64,000 nucleotides of DNA from Nitrospirales bacterium (GTDB taxonomy: Bacteria > Nitrospirota > Nitrospiria > Nitrospirales > UBA8639): contig CBDCWC010000002.1 of NCBI GenBank assembly GCA_965223295.1, positions 1,184,001 to 1,248,000 of the forward strand. The letters are read 5' to 3'. Made by a program: the position numbers and the translations under genes. Shown in pieces: positions 39,722 to 50,337 of the stretch. Under the pieces are notes generated by a model, which was given only the letters and a program-made list of their open reading frames with translations, searched no databases and was not told the origin of the DNA. Every line of letters begins with the position of its first letter. Positions within the stretch are counted from its first letter, which is position 1.

Positions 39722-40597
39722 TTAGAGAGGAAAAAAGAGATCGACAGTCGTCCCTTTTCCTTGTTGACTCGTGATATCGATCAAACCTTGATGAATATGA
39801 ACCACGTGCTTCACAATTGAAAGACCCAGGCCCGTCCCTCCTTTTCGCCTGGAATAAAATGGATGAAACATGTGCGAGATTTCTTCCTCGGACATTCCAC
39901 AACCATAATCTCGAATTCGAAGGAGCATGCCCTCCTGAGATTGTTGCTGTCCCTCCCTCATGCAAAGTCGCGATTCATTTCGGCAATCAATTTCGATCGT
40001 ACGACCTGACTCTGATGCCTGAATCGCATTCATCAGCAGGTTCAGGAACGCTTGTTTCAATAAGGATTCCTGGCCATACATGATCGCTTGATGGGTTGTT
40101 TGATGACGTTGAATCGTAAGATTTTTCTTTTGGAGCGGATACATAGCCAATAACTCCACATCGTCGAGCAACGCCAAAAGATCCACACAATCCCGCTGTG
40201 CATAAATGGGAGCGCTGAACACCAACATATTGGAGACCAACTGATCCAACGATCGCACAGCCTGAATACAATGCGCCGCCATTTCTTGACGCTCATCGTC
40301 CGTACAGTAATTACGACCTAACAATGTGGCGAACCATTCAATACTAGACAATGGATTTCGAATATCATGAGCGAGCTGTCCCACCTTTTCGCCCAAACTG
40401 ACTAATCGTTGGTGATGTTCCTCGTCTCGAGACCCAATCTTCTGAGGGCTATTCGTATGACCATTAGCCCTGTGCACAGATAGATTTAATGAAGGACTGC
40501 GAAGGGCTGAAGCGGCCCTTTCCTGGCTCGGAGCCTGCCTTTCTTGTTCTGCTATTCCATCCATCGCAGGAATGGCAGGTACTCTAGTTCCCTTCAT
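39722..40597 (-). CDS. Cytoplasmic histidine kinase (FleS/FlrB-like) lacking an obvious sensor domain
   Basis: LAHDIRNPL H-box, NLLMNAIQA, DYGCG, GGTGLGL. Confidence 0.88.
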   Translation of the reverse strand: MKGTRVPAIPAMDGIAEQERQAPSQERAASALRSPSLNLSVHRANGHTNSPQKIGSRDEEHHQRLVSLGEKVGQLAHDIRNPLSSIEWFATLLGRNYCTDDERQEMAAHCIQAVRSLDQLVSNMLVFSAPIYAQRDCVDLLALLDDVELLAMYPLQKKNLTIQRHQTTHQAIMYGQESLLKQAFLNLLMNAIQASESGRTIEIDCRNESRLCMREGQQQSQEGMLLRIRDYGCGMSEEEISHMFHPFYSRRKGGTGLGLSIVKHVVHIHQGLIDITSQQGKGTTVDLFFPL

Positions 40598-42666
40598 TGC
40601 CCTCCCCTTACTTGTGGTGCTCCTTTAAGAGAAAATTCATCGAGAATGGCACTGGCAGCAGCGCGAATCGTATTTTCAAAGTCGGGAGCTCGTGTCTCCA
40701 ATTGTTTCACTTCCGCCAATAGCTTTTGAGCTTCACCTGCCTGTCCTTGATACTCCAATGAAAGTCCCCACCTATATTTTGCCCAAGCTTTTAATGCCAC
40801 AGGTGCGTGAGAGGAAAGCACTTGATCGTAAAGGGGTTCGGCATCTGCATAGTCTCCCTCATCAAAGAGAAAATCTCCCAGCCGAACCACCTCCGCCATA
40901 TCCATAGGGTCAAGCGCCACGACCTTCTTGAGATCTTGAAGAGCAAGATCTCTCTTGCCAGATTTTTGATAGGCATGGGCCCGCTTTCTGAGAACAAATC
41001 GTCGTCGGTCTTTGTCCTCAGTGTAGTCCAGCACATCCGATAACTCCTGAATCGCTTGGATATAGTTTTCGCTTGCCAAAGATTCCATTCCTAACAGCGT
41101 GGATACATCTGCCCGCCACTGGCCTTGAGGATACCTATGGAGATACGCTTCACCAGCTTCACGAACCAGCCGGGTCTTTCCCTGAGTATTCGCGATAAAC
41201 ACTTTTTGAGCGAAGATTTCCTCGCGAAGAGGACTGTCCGGATATTCTTTCAACAATTGGTCATACCAACGCATCGCTTTGGATGGCAGATTGACTTCTT
41301 GGTAGGCCTGCGCGACGACTTTCACCCGTTCACGCTGTAAAGGAACTAAATGAAAGGCCTCTTCTTGGTCTTCATAAAATTTGAGTAATGCGACCCAGTC
41401 TTTTTGATCAGAGAAGACTTGAAGCTGTTTATCTAAGATCTCACTCAACCGTTGTTGCGCTTCTTCACGCCATGAATCGGAATTGGCCACCACCGCAAGA
41501 TGCGTAAAAGATTGGATAGCGGCTGGCGTATCTCCCAACTGATCATAGCCACGCCCCAACCACACCAAACTTTCTTCGACTAAATCGGGTTCTGGCGATT
41601 GACTCAAGATTCGGGCTGTTTCGACGACACTATCCCAGGATAGGGACACATAAATTTCTAAATCATCCAATCGCTCATATACATCTCCCCATTCCTCTTT
41701 TGAATGCTCTTCGGATAGGAATTTTACAACCCATCTTGTGAGAGCTGCTTGCCCGCGACGCCCGGCTTCTTGTTTCGGAAAACGTAAATGAGCTTGTTCA
41801 GCAAACCAGAGAGAAAGAAATTCATGACCATCTTCTAACAATTTTTCCGCAATACGATTTAGAGCATGCCCGGCTATTTCCTGATCTGGATGAAGATTCG
41901 CTGTGCTCAAAAACCGAGAAATAGCCTTCTGAGGATCGCCGATCGCTAACTCCGTCAATCCAAAATAATACGATGAATGCTCAGATTTTCGAATGAGTTC
42001 TGGTTGTTCAGCTTCAACCACTCGATACCAGTAATAGGCTTGCTTCCAAGCTTTGGACATGGCCGTGGCATCAGCCAAACCCAATGCCCCCCGCAGTCGG
42101 TGAGCTTCCCATTTTGGCTCCTCCACCACCCGTCGTAGAATGAGGGCCGCTTCCAGATATTGTTGATTTTTCAAATATCCCAAGCCCGCTTCGACCATGA
42201 CTCCTCCCGCTAGAGGATGCTCCGGATAATTGGCGAGAAATTCTGCAAACAACCCGCTGGCTTCAGAATGCCATCCCGCATCCCAATAGAGTTGCCCCAT
42301 CGAACAGAGAGCCCAAGGAACATACGCACTGTCCGGCTGCTGGATTTTTATCGCTTGGAGACGATCAATTTGAGTCAAAAATTCTTTTCCTTTTTCATCT
42401 GATTGATCGGGAAGTGATGCGAGTATCCACTGCGTCCCTTCCGCAAACACGCCTTCCTGGTGTTCCGAAAGATAAGTAGCAAACAACTCCCTGGCTTCCA
42501 AAAGAGCGCCTCTTTGAATCGCCTTCTGGCCTTGATGCACCAAAGTTGGCATAACCATGTCTCGCGGATATTGCCAAGGGAAATCCGAACAAGCCTTACC
42601 AGCAGCCACGCTTGGGCAGAGAACCGCCACACAGACAATCCAGAAAATACCTCTCACGTTTCGCAC
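40594..42666 (-). CDS. Exported tetratricopeptide-repeat protein
   Basis: Signal-like N-terminus, many TPR-like helices (YPEHPLA, YPDSPL); GTG 42666 after GGAG preferred over TTG 42696. Confidence 0.75.
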   Translation of the reverse strand: MRNVRGIFWIVCVAVLCPSVAAGKACSDFPWQYPRDMVMPTLVHQGQKAIQRGALLEARELFATYLSEHQEGVFAEGTQWILASLPDQSDEKGKEFLTQIDRLQAIKIQQPDSAYVPWALCSMGQLYWDAGWHSEASGLFAEFLANYPEHPLAGGVMVEAGLGYLKNQQYLEAALILRRVVEEPKWEAHRLRGALGLADATAMSKAWKQAYYWYRVVEAEQPELIRKSEHSSYYFGLTELAIGDPQKAISRFLSTANLHPDQEIAGHALNRIAEKLLEDGHEFLSLWFAEQAHLRFPKQEAGRRGQAALTRWVVKFLSEEHSKEEWGDVYERLDDLEIYVSLSWDSVVETARILSQSPEPDLVEESLVWLGRGYDQLGDTPAAIQSFTHLAVVANSDSWREEAQQRLSEILDKQLQVFSDQKDWVALLKFYEDQEEAFHLVPLQRERVKVVAQAYQEVNLPSKAMRWYDQLLKEYPDSPLREEIFAQKVFIANTQGKTRLVREAGEAYLHRYPQGQWRADVSTLLGMESLASENYIQAIQELSDVLDYTEDKDRRRFVLRKRAHAYQKSGKRDLALQDLKKVVALDPMDMAEVVRLGDFLFDEGDYADAEPLYDQVLSSHAPVALKAWAKYRWGLSLEYQGQAGEAQKLLAEVKQLETRAPDFENTIRAAASAILDEFSLKGAPQVRGGQ

Positions 42667-42691
42667 GTTCTCCAACCTCAAAGAGGTATTC

Positions 42692-42707
42692 AGCAAAAAA
42701 CAGACCC
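42692..42707 (-). promoter_or_regulatory. Candidate sigma54 promoter upstream of the TPR-kinase-regulator-flgB block
   Basis: Minus strand GGGTCTGTTTTTTGCT (GG-N10-GC). Confidence 0.55.
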
Positions 42708-42803
42708 GAGAATTTCTTACCGACCTTCAACAAATTGGAAAAGAAAGTACTTGAAAAATAGGCAGATTTTGGCCGATGTGGATAGCTGGGAAGAAACTGC
42801 CGA

Positions 42804-42855
42804 CGTCAAGGGCTTGACGGCAGGGTCAAAATTTTTGGCTAGTCAACGAGATGTC
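42804..42855. promoter_or_regulatory. Candidate enhancer sites GTCA-N6-TGAC
   Basis: Palindrome cgtcaa-gggc-ttgacg plus degenerate copies gtcaaaatttttggc and gtcaacgagatgtc. Confidence 0.5.
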
Positions 42856-42892
42856 GATGAGGACGAACAGGAGAGGGGCGGAGCGTGAGTTA

Positions 42893-44353
42893 TCAGGCAT
42901 CCACAAGATTTTCAGGGGGTGTGGCACGCTGAGCCACAACTTCAGCAAGCGATTTCTTTTTCAATTTTTCAATGAGTGTCGTGCGATTGATTTGAAGAAG
43001 ACGGGCAGCTTTACTCTTGACCCAATTCGTTCGCTCCAGGGCTTCGAGAATTAATCGATTTTCAAATTCTTCGACTGCACGGGAAAGATCGAGGCCACCA
43101 ATCGGAATAGCAGCAGGCACAGTAGGGAGTTGGTCAGATGGAAGGCGACGAATTTTTTCTGGCAAATCTGCAGGCTCAAGCAGGCCTCGACGCTTCAGAA
43201 TGGCAATTCGCTCCACGATATTTCCAATTTCCCGAACATTACCCGGCCAAGGATACTCACAGAGCAACGCCATGGCCTCATCAGACACACCCGTGATCTC
43301 GGCTTGCCGACGTTCATTGAACATCGCAATAAAATGTTGCAGCAAGAGTGGAATATCCTCAACGCGTTGACGCAACGGCGGAACCAGAACAGGCACCACA
43401 TTCAACCGGTAAAAAAGATCTTCCCTAAATTGTTTAGCCGCCACCAAACTTTCAAGATCTTGATTCGTCGCGGCAATCACTCTGGCATCAGATTTATAGG
43501 TTCGGGTTCCTCCGACTCGTTCGAATGTCCGTTCCTGTAACACTCGAAGCAGTTTGACTTGAAGAGGAGGACTCAAATCCCCGATTTCATCTAGAAAAAT
43601 GGTTCCTCCTGTGGCTAACTCAAATCGTCCAACTCGAGAAGCCACGGCTCCGGTAAATGCTCCTTTTTCATGGCCGAATAATTCACTCTCCAAAAGCGCT
43701 TCAGGAATGGCACCGCAATTCACAGGAATTAAATTCCCCTGTCGCCTCGTGCTATTACTATGAATGGTTTGCGCAATGAGTTCCTTACCAGTTCCACTCT
43801 CCCCTAAAATAAGGACCGTACTGTCCGTATCTGCCACACAACTAATGAGCTGAAAGACTTCTTTCATGACCTGACTGGAGCTGACTAATTTACCTAGGCT
43901 GAATTGCCCTTTCACCGTTTTCTTCAGTTCAGTATTTTCATCTTGAAGCGATTTTACCCGCAGCGCGCTGGCCATCGTGGCACTCAACACATCGACAGAA
44001 AATGGTTTGGAGAGAAAATCAAAGGCTCCAGCTTTAATGGCATTCACCGCCATTTCCACGGATCCGTAACCGGTCATCACGATCGTGACCGGACGGGTTG
44101 GTAATTGATTAATTCGTTCCACGAGCTCTATGCCATTGATGTCTGGCAGCATGACATCGGTCAACACCACATCAAACGGTAATGACTCAACCAAAGGCAA
44201 GGCTTGGCTGCCAGACTCCGCTTCAGTCACCTCATGCCCCTCATCTTCCAATTGAAGCTTGATGGTTTCTCGCACATCCTGCTCATCTTCAACCAATAGA
44301 ATTTTGGCACTTGGTCTACTAGTTGGGGATTCAGCTGACTCTAACGCTTTCAT
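42893..44353 (-). CDS. sigma54-dependent activator (FleQ/FlrA-like position), REC-AAA+-HTH
   Basis: REC with [43 protein letters not shown]. Confidence 0.88.
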   Translation of the reverse strand: MKALESAESPTSRPSAKILLVEDEQDVRETIKLQLEDEGHEVTEAESGSQALPLVESLPFDVVLTDVMLPDINGIELVERINQLPTRPVTIVMTGYGSVEMAVNAIKAGAFDFLSKPFSVDVLSATMASALRVKSLQDENTELKKTVKGQFSLGKLVSSSQVMKEVFQLISCVADTDSTVLILGESGTGKELIAQTIHSNSTRRQGNLIPVNCGAIPEALLESELFGHEKGAFTGAVASRVGRFELATGGTIFLDEIGDLSPPLQVKLLRVLQERTFERVGGTRTYKSDARVIAATNQDLESLVAAKQFREDLFYRLNVVPVLVPPLRQRVEDIPLLLQHFIAMFNERRQAEITGVSDEAMALLCEYPWPGNVREIGNIVERIAILKRRGLLEPADLPEKIRRLPSDQLPTVPAAIPIGGLDLSRAVEEFENRLILEALERTNWVKSKAARLLQINRTTLIEKLKKKSLAEVVAQRATPPENLVDA

Positions 44354-44588
44354 AAGGTAGCCTCCCTTATCATTCTGACAGTCGCCTATTGCATGTAAAT
44401 AGACCTCGAATGCACGACACCCAAGGCCATTGCTACCCCATTTCCTTCAAGAGGTCAAGTCGAAAACAGGTATTTCTTTTATTCTTTCCTCAGGTTCCAA
44501 CTTGAAAACTGGTACATACAATTGATTTGAATCACTTTCTCCTCAAGAACGGAGCCCTTGTCCATAGAACAAAAGCAACTCGACTTAA

Positions 44589-44732
44589 GGGCCCCTCTAA
44601 AAACTATCCTTTTTCCCGAAGGCGGCGTCAGCGACGTGCTCAAATCCTCATGTATTGGCCCATACACTGAGGTTTTCCGCGCGCCGGCTCCTTGCCGCCA
44701 TCAGAAAAAATCGTCAGCTTTTAGAGGGGGCT
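44589..44732. mobile_element. MITE-like element 1
   Basis: TIRs gggcccctctaaaa / ttttagagggggct, TAA on both flanks (possible TSD), no ORF. Confidence 0.7.
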
Positions 44733-44789
44733 TAAGAAATTCCGAGAAATGACCGAAACATTCGATGAGCCTCAACACATCGAGAACAC

Positions 44790-45038
44790 ATGAGAAACGA
44801 CGAACATACCATGGACGCGCCGCAACTCCCAGAGCCCTCTTCAATGCCAATTTTTATCCTGTTTGATACACAAACAGGCTATCTCTACGGTCATCTCTTT
44901 GCCACTGGACCAGAAGATCCATTTCTCCAGGAAGTCATACAATGGTGGAGTCAATACTGCTCTAATACTCCCATCGGCGTTGATTATCCTGGCCTCACAA
45001 AAGAACCTCAACCAACAACAAGTTCGTCTTCTAACTAA
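44790..45038 (+). CDS. Hypothetical small protein
   Basis: Fills the intergenic gap, plausible globular core; no recognisable motif. Confidence 0.3.
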   Translation: MRNDEHTMDAPQLPEPSSMPIFILFDTQTGYLYGHLFATGPEDPFLQEVIQWWSQYCSNTPIGVDYPGLTKEPQPTTSSSSN

Positions 45039-45694
45039 GGCAATTCCGCCCAAATCGCCAATCCTGACCGAAACACCAATTTGCGGTCTGGGAGGTGTAA
45101 GATGACCACATTGTCATTGATCTGAATCTCGTAGTCCCGTGTCGCTACAGGTAAATCTGTCGAAAAAAATCCGCCTGTGATTGCTGAAAATGCCACGGCA
45201 CGTCGATTCGTCACAAAGAGTGCCACATGATCCTCTATAGCAAAATCCAGTACCATCTCTCCAGCACCCCAAAATTCACGCCTCCATCGCGCCTGCTCAC
45301 TCACGAATCCATAAACGGAATCTTGCCCTTGAACAACCACCATTCGAGGCATCACCGTCGATGCAAGGATCTGTTCACTAGCGGCCACTCGCAGTTCCAC
45401 CCAGAGTTGCCGCCCACCTGAAAATCCCAATAACCGAGTCGACGTCTGCACAAATCCCGTGACACCTTTAGCTTGAGTCTGAAAGATTTTTTCCCCAGCA
45501 GCCAGTGGTTTCCTGGCGATACCTTCCCCCGGCGTCATTGCAAAAATCTGACGCCGATCAGTTGTGATACTGACCTCGTCAGTGACAACCTCTAGCGCTA
45601 GCCCCTCCCCAAACCATCCTGTACTGCTTAAGATAACCCAGAGAAGAGTCCAGAAAAATTTCTTCGTTAACCCAACAATACAACTTCTCATCAT
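45035..45694 (-). CDS. Hypothetical exported beta-rich protein
   Basis: ATG overlaps the lptD stop (TAATG); signal-like N-terminus; repeating beta-strand pattern. Confidence 0.7.
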   Translation of the reverse strand: MMRSCIVGLTKKFFWTLLWVILSSTGWFGEGLALEVVTDEVSITTDRRQIFAMTPGEGIARKPLAAGEKIFQTQAKGVTGFVQTSTRLLGFSGGRQLWVELRVAASEQILASTVMPRMVVVQGQDSVYGFVSEQARWRREFWGAGEMVLDFAIEDHVALFVTNRRAVAFSAITGGFFSTDLPVATRDYEIQINDNVVILHLPDRKLVFRSGLAIWAELP

Positions 45695-47919
45695 TACCGA
45701 TAATCCCAGGGAACGCCCCGTTCTCCATGCATAATGGGCCCTAAAATGGATTGCATCAGCTCCGTCCCATTCCCCTGTGATGCCCATAGGCCGGTCAAAC
45801 TGATCAAAAAGTCATATTCTTCACGATCTGGGAACCGAAGATAATACAGGCCAACGGAGAAACAACGGCAAGGGTTCTGATAGAGAGCCACCACATCCAA
45901 CTCCGCTGTTTTACCTGTACGAAAATCATGATACCAACGAGAGCCGACTGTCACCCCTCCTGGCAGCCGCATACCGCCCCCTGCCGTCAAATAGAGAATT
46001 TTTTCTGCCGGGAGCAGCACCTCGTTGAAGGAGATGGGATTCCACACATCTCCACGTCTAGTTTGACGCCCTGTTTTGGCATAGCGTTGTCCAACCAAGA
46101 GGTACCAGGCTTGATGTCCTTGAATAAGCCCATCAATGTTCAATTGCCTCATTTTTTTCTTCTTGTGATCAACAAAGGTATCAACGAGCAGATCAAATGA
46201 CGAGAGAAACGAGGGGAACTTTAAAGGTTGATGAAACTCACCACGCCCCCAAATATCTGAAAATTTTGATGCTAAGGGAGGAGGATCGTTAATATGGTAG
46301 CTTTGCGCCAACAACACATTGAACCATGTGGTTGATCCGGTATCCAAGCCCTGGTGCCCCAAGCGGTTTTTTAAGGAATAGGTAATCAGACTTTTATTAA
46401 GTAGATCATCAACCGCATCGACCTTGACCAATTTGCTTTGCTTGGTCTGTGGAACATATTCATAGATCACACGTGGTTCGATAGAATGCCGCAACCAGTC
46501 ATTCTCACCCAATCTGAAGCGCCTGGTCAGATTGCTAAATGCTTCGGCCCCAAGCCAATACGTCTTTCGTTCTTGACCCGATTTGTCAGTGAGGCCACGG
46601 GAATAGACCACTTCCCGAAACTTCGCTTGCGGGCGAATTCCCAACATATGTCCCAGATGTAATCCTTCAAGCGACAGACCGGGTAAGAAATCGAACCGAC
46701 TCACCTTAAAACCTTCTTCCCGCCAAAAATGCACAAACGTCGAATCTGCTGTCAGTGATACCGGGCTGCTGAACAATCCCGGATGGAAAAATCGATGACC
46801 CACTTCAGGCAACCGTTGGAACGTCCTCTCGGCTCCGATAATCAGTGGTTGAAGATATTGCCCCCAGAGGTACAAGGCTCCATGATCCAACCGCTGCAGC
46901 AAAGTAAGATTGGATTCCTGGCTGGGCAAGGCTCGTTGAACGCCAGAGTTACTCAAATCCTGCAACAATTCACGATCAGTAGAATAATTGAGATTCATCC
47001 GAAACGAGAGATCTGGAGTAAACTGTTGGACATGTGCCCCTCGAAACCGAAACCGTTTCTTATTTTCTTGCGTATCACGCAACCCCTTCATAAACCATTG
47101 CCCTTTGGCCTGACGGCTCCAAACATACCGATAACTCAAATCACCGCCATAGCCACGTTTTGTCATAATTTGCGGGGCAATCGTCAAATCCTGCGTAGGA
47201 TCAATGGCCCAGAAAAACGCTTGCCGGTATTTAAATCCAAACGCGTTGCTAATCCCAGGTGTCGGTAAGAGAAAACCAGACTTTCGATCTGCGCCCAAAG
47301 GATACTCAAACGTCGGCAGTGGAATGACCGGCACATCATTAACATGAAACCAGACTCCTCGACCGGACAAACTATCCTCATAATCCAAATCAAGGTCATC
47401 AAAAGTAAAACGCCATGCGGGAATTTCCCCATCCTTGGCATCGCAATTGGTAAACGATCCTTCTTTAATCCGATAATGCGTTTCAGAAAATCGCTGCAGA
47501 CGCTGCCCCGTCACAAAAGAATTCTGTTTCTTTCGAAAAATCTTTCCGGTCGTTAGGACTCCGGCTTCGGTATTGATATTGAGTTCCATGTGTTCAGCCC
47601 ACACATCAGCCTGCCCATCACGAAAATGCACGTGACCAATAGCCTTCAAACGCCCAGTGAGCTTTTGAAGAGTGGCGTCGTCTGCAGTCAATCGGATCGG
47701 ACCTTGTGTCACATTGACGGAACCCATTGCATGATATTCCTCTCGTTCTTGATCATAATCAATACGATCAGCCGCAATTTCTACAGGAACTCCACGGGAA
47801 TTGGCCGTCGTTGCATTTGACTGAAAAAAAGAAGACTCTGCAACAACATGATAGGGGATAACTAAGACAAGAACCAACACCAATAACCATGAGCGCACGC
47901 TCACGTATCGTATCGCCAT
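45694..47919 (-). CDS. lptD: LPS-assembly protein LptD
   Basis: ADRIDYD OstA-like N-terminus, FTNCD, RKSGFLLP, FQRLPE, YQNPCRC. Confidence 0.85.
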   Translation of the reverse strand: MAIRYVSVRSWLLVLVLVLVIPYHVVAESSFFQSNATTANSRGVPVEIAADRIDYDQEREEYHAMGSVNVTQGPIRLTADDATLQKLTGRLKAIGHVHFRDGQADVWAEHMELNINTEAGVLTTGKIFRKKQNSFVTGQRLQRFSETHYRIKEGSFTNCDAKDGEIPAWRFTFDDLDLDYEDSLSGRGVWFHVNDVPVIPLPTFEYPLGADRKSGFLLPTPGISNAFGFKYRQAFFWAIDPTQDLTIAPQIMTKRGYGGDLSYRYVWSRQAKGQWFMKGLRDTQENKKRFRFRGAHVQQFTPDLSFRMNLNYSTDRELLQDLSNSGVQRALPSQESNLTLLQRLDHGALYLWGQYLQPLIIGAERTFQRLPEVGHRFFHPGLFSSPVSLTADSTFVHFWREEGFKVSRFDFLPGLSLEGLHLGHMLGIRPQAKFREVVYSRGLTDKSGQERKTYWLGAEAFSNLTRRFRLGENDWLRHSIEPRVIYEYVPQTKQSKLVKVDAVDDLLNKSLITYSLKNRLGHQGLDTGSTTWFNVLLAQSYHINDPPPLASKFSDIWGRGEFHQPLKFPSFLSSFDLLVDTFVDHKKKKMRQLNIDGLIQGHQAWYLLVGQRYAKTGRQTRRGDVWNPISFNEVLLPAEKILYLTAGGGMRLPGGVTVGSRWYHDFRTGKTAELDVVALYQNPCRCFSVGLYYLRFPDREEYDFLISLTGLWASQGNGTELMQSILGPIMHGERGVPWDYR

Positions 47920-47921
47920 AT

Positions 47922-49220
47922 TCAGACGCTGCCTATTGACGAATGAGGCGGAGTCAAATGCTGCAACATTTCTCCCACCAAAAATAACGAGCCAGTCACA
48001 CAAATGACATCAGCAGGTGTCGCCATCTCTAAAGCTTTGCAATAGGCTTTCCAAGGATCAGACATCATACAAAGCGTCATCTGATCCTGCGGCACAACAT
48101 GTTGAAGTTCATCAACGGTCATTGAACGGCTCATCTGAAGTTGCGTCACAATAACGGTGTCTATCAGAGGGCATAAGATCCGCAAAAACTCAGCATGTTG
48201 TTTGTCGTGCATCATTCCAAGGACAACAATGAGTTTTCCACCACAGGCATCATGAAGTTGTGCCTGCAGAAAGTCAAACAAGACCTGCGCACCCAACGGG
48301 TTATGTGCTCCATCCAGAATCACCATCGGATTGTACTGCACGACTTCCAAACGCCCTTTCCAACGAACATGCTGTAATCCTGATTTGATGGCGTCAAAAG
48401 AAAGAGGAAATTGCTGGGCAGTTGCCGCTTCCAACAAGGCTAGAGCGTTTCCAGCATTGTGCATCTGATGGCGCCCCAACAAATTCGTCTGCAAATTGAG
48501 GAATTCGCTTGTAAACCCATAGTAGGAAAATGTGTTTTTCGTTGTCTGGAAAACAGAAAACTCCTGGCCATGCCGATACAGAGGTGCACCGTTCGTCTGA
48601 GCGACATGCTCGAAGGTCTGTCTCACGCTTTTGGACATCTGCCCTAACACAACCGGCACCTGGCTATGAATAATGCCTGCTTTTTCCCGTGCAATCGCAT
48701 GGAGCGTAGATCCAAGATGCATTTCATGATCCATGCCGATTCCTGTAATCAGCACACCTAAGGGATTCAACACATTGGTGGCATCACATCGTCCTCCTAA
48801 CCCAACCTCAACAACCGCAATGTCAACCTGTTGTTGATAAAAATAATGAAACGCCAGGGCTGTGGTAAATTCAAAAAAAGTTAAGGAGCCATCTCGGTCA
48901 ACTAGCCTGCGAATTGATTCCGTCAACTCACAGACAGCCTTTTCAGAAATTTCAGCGCCTTGTACCCGAATGCGCTCACGAAAATCTATCAAGTGCGGCG
49001 AGGTATATAAGCCCACTCGATAGCCCCCAGCTTGCAACATGGCCGCCAGCATCGCGGCAGATGACCCTTTGCCATTGGTCCCTGCAATATGAAGAGTTGC
49101 ATATTGATGTTGAGGATTTTTCAACTGTTGAAGAATATCGGTAATAGCTTCAAGGCCCAGCTTGACACCAAAACGGCGAAGGGCAAACAGATAGTCGAGG
49201 GTGGCAGAATACGTTAACAC
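47922..49220 (-). CDS. folC: Folylpolyglutamate synthase/dihydrofolate synthase
   Basis: HIAGTNGKGS, YTSPHL, TFFE, EVGLGGRCDATN, LDGAHN. Confidence 0.96.
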   Translation of the reverse strand: MLTYSATLDYLFALRRFGVKLGLEAITDILQQLKNPQHQYATLHIAGTNGKGSSAAMLAAMLQAGGYRVGLYTSPHLIDFRERIRVQGAEISEKAVCELTESIRRLVDRDGSLTFFEFTTALAFHYFYQQQVDIAVVEVGLGGRCDATNVLNPLGVLITGIGMDHEMHLGSTLHAIAREKAGIIHSQVPVVLGQMSKSVRQTFEHVAQTNGAPLYRHGQEFSVFQTTKNTFSYYGFTSEFLNLQTNLLGRHQMHNAGNALALLEAATAQQFPLSFDAIKSGLQHVRWKGRLEVVQYNPMVILDGAHNPLGAQVLFDFLQAQLHDACGGKLIVVLGMMHDKQHAEFLRILCPLIDTVIVTQLQMSRSMTVDELQHVVPQDQMTLCMMSDPWKAYCKALEMATPADVICVTGSLFLVGEMLQHLTPPHSSIGSV

Positions 49221-49265
49221 GGAATCGCCAAATGATCGGCAGAGAACGAGGAGGAAGGACGTTAC

Positions 49266-50120
49266 TTACGAGGCCATCGCGGATGCTCCACAATGAGTGA
49301 GCAGGGTAGCAAGCGTCGTTTTCAGAACTTTTCGTTTCACAATTTGATCAACCATGCCATGGTCCAATAAAAATTCGGCACGTTGAAATCCTTCGGGCAA
49401 ACGTTGCTTGATAGTTTGTTCAATCACACGGGGGCCAGCAAAACCAATGAGCGCTTTGGGTTCCGCAAGAATTATGTCCCCTAACATCGCCACACTGGCT
49501 GTCACTCCGCCAAAAGTTGGATCCGTTAGGAGAACAACATAGGGTAGCCGGACTTCTTGAAGATTCGCAATAGCCGAGGCCGTCTTTGCCATTTGCATGA
49601 GCGACAGAGTTCCTTCCTGCATCCGTGCTCCACCAGACGTCGTAATCAACAAAAAGGGCATCCGGGCATCAAGCGCATGCTCAATCGCTCGACAAATTTT
49701 TTCTCCCACAACCGATCCCATACTTCCGCCCATAAAAGAAAAATCAAAAATTCCAATAGCCACAGGAATGTTCTCAATCCGGCAGGATCCTGTCAGAATC
49801 GCTTCTTGCTTGCCAGTCTTCTTTTGGGCATTCTCTACTCGGGTACGATAGGGAAGCGTATCTTCAAATTGCAGGGGATCATTGGGCACCAGATCAGCAT
49901 CCCATTCTTGAAATGTTTCAGAGTCAGCAATGAGTTCAACCCGTTCCTCAATGGTCATGGGAAAGTGATATTGGCATTTGGGACAAACTTTAAGGTTTCG
50001 GTCAACTTCACGTTTAAAGATGATAGCTCGGCAGACGGTACATTTGATCCACATCCCTTCCATAATATTAACCGTATTGCCTTCCAAATCTTCTGACTTA
50101 CTTCGTTTAAACCATCCCAT
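49266..50120 (-). CDS. accD: Acetyl-CoA carboxylase carboxyltransferase beta
   Basis: C4 zinc finger, FMGGSMGSVVGE, GGARMQEG, GFAGPRVIEQT. Confidence 0.97.
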   Translation of the reverse strand: MGWFKRSKSEDLEGNTVNIMEGMWIKCTVCRAIIFKREVDRNLKVCPKCQYHFPMTIEERVELIADSETFQEWDADLVPNDPLQFEDTLPYRTRVENAQKKTGKQEAILTGSCRIENIPVAIGIFDFSFMGGSMGSVVGEKICRAIEHALDARMPFLLITTSGGARMQEGTLSLMQMAKTASAIANLQEVRLPYVVLLTDPTFGGVTASVAMLGDIILAEPKALIGFAGPRVIEQTIKQRLPEGFQRAEFLLDHGMVDQIVKRKVLKTTLATLLTHCGASAMAS

Positions 50121-50337
50121 GCAATTAGAAGCCTTTTCGTGTCATGAAGACAATCGCCAAATCTGAACAACACGTGGACAGAAACAAGGTCCTTTAAGAA
50201 GCTGAAACAGCCTCTTCAACGAACCTGTCAGAAAACTGTACCATAGGGTTAGAGACCCGGCAAGAAATTCTTGGAAAGACAGATGAGAATCGAGAACTGT
50301 CAGTCGCTAGACAACTGACACACACAGAACAGAAAAA

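Noticed and set aside
38322-39965. Long N-terminal extensions from the ORF track (regulator from 39965, lptD from 48003, cbiB from 60229, heme protein from 1753)
   Set aside because: They overlap upstream genes or lack an RBS; downstream starts fit better.
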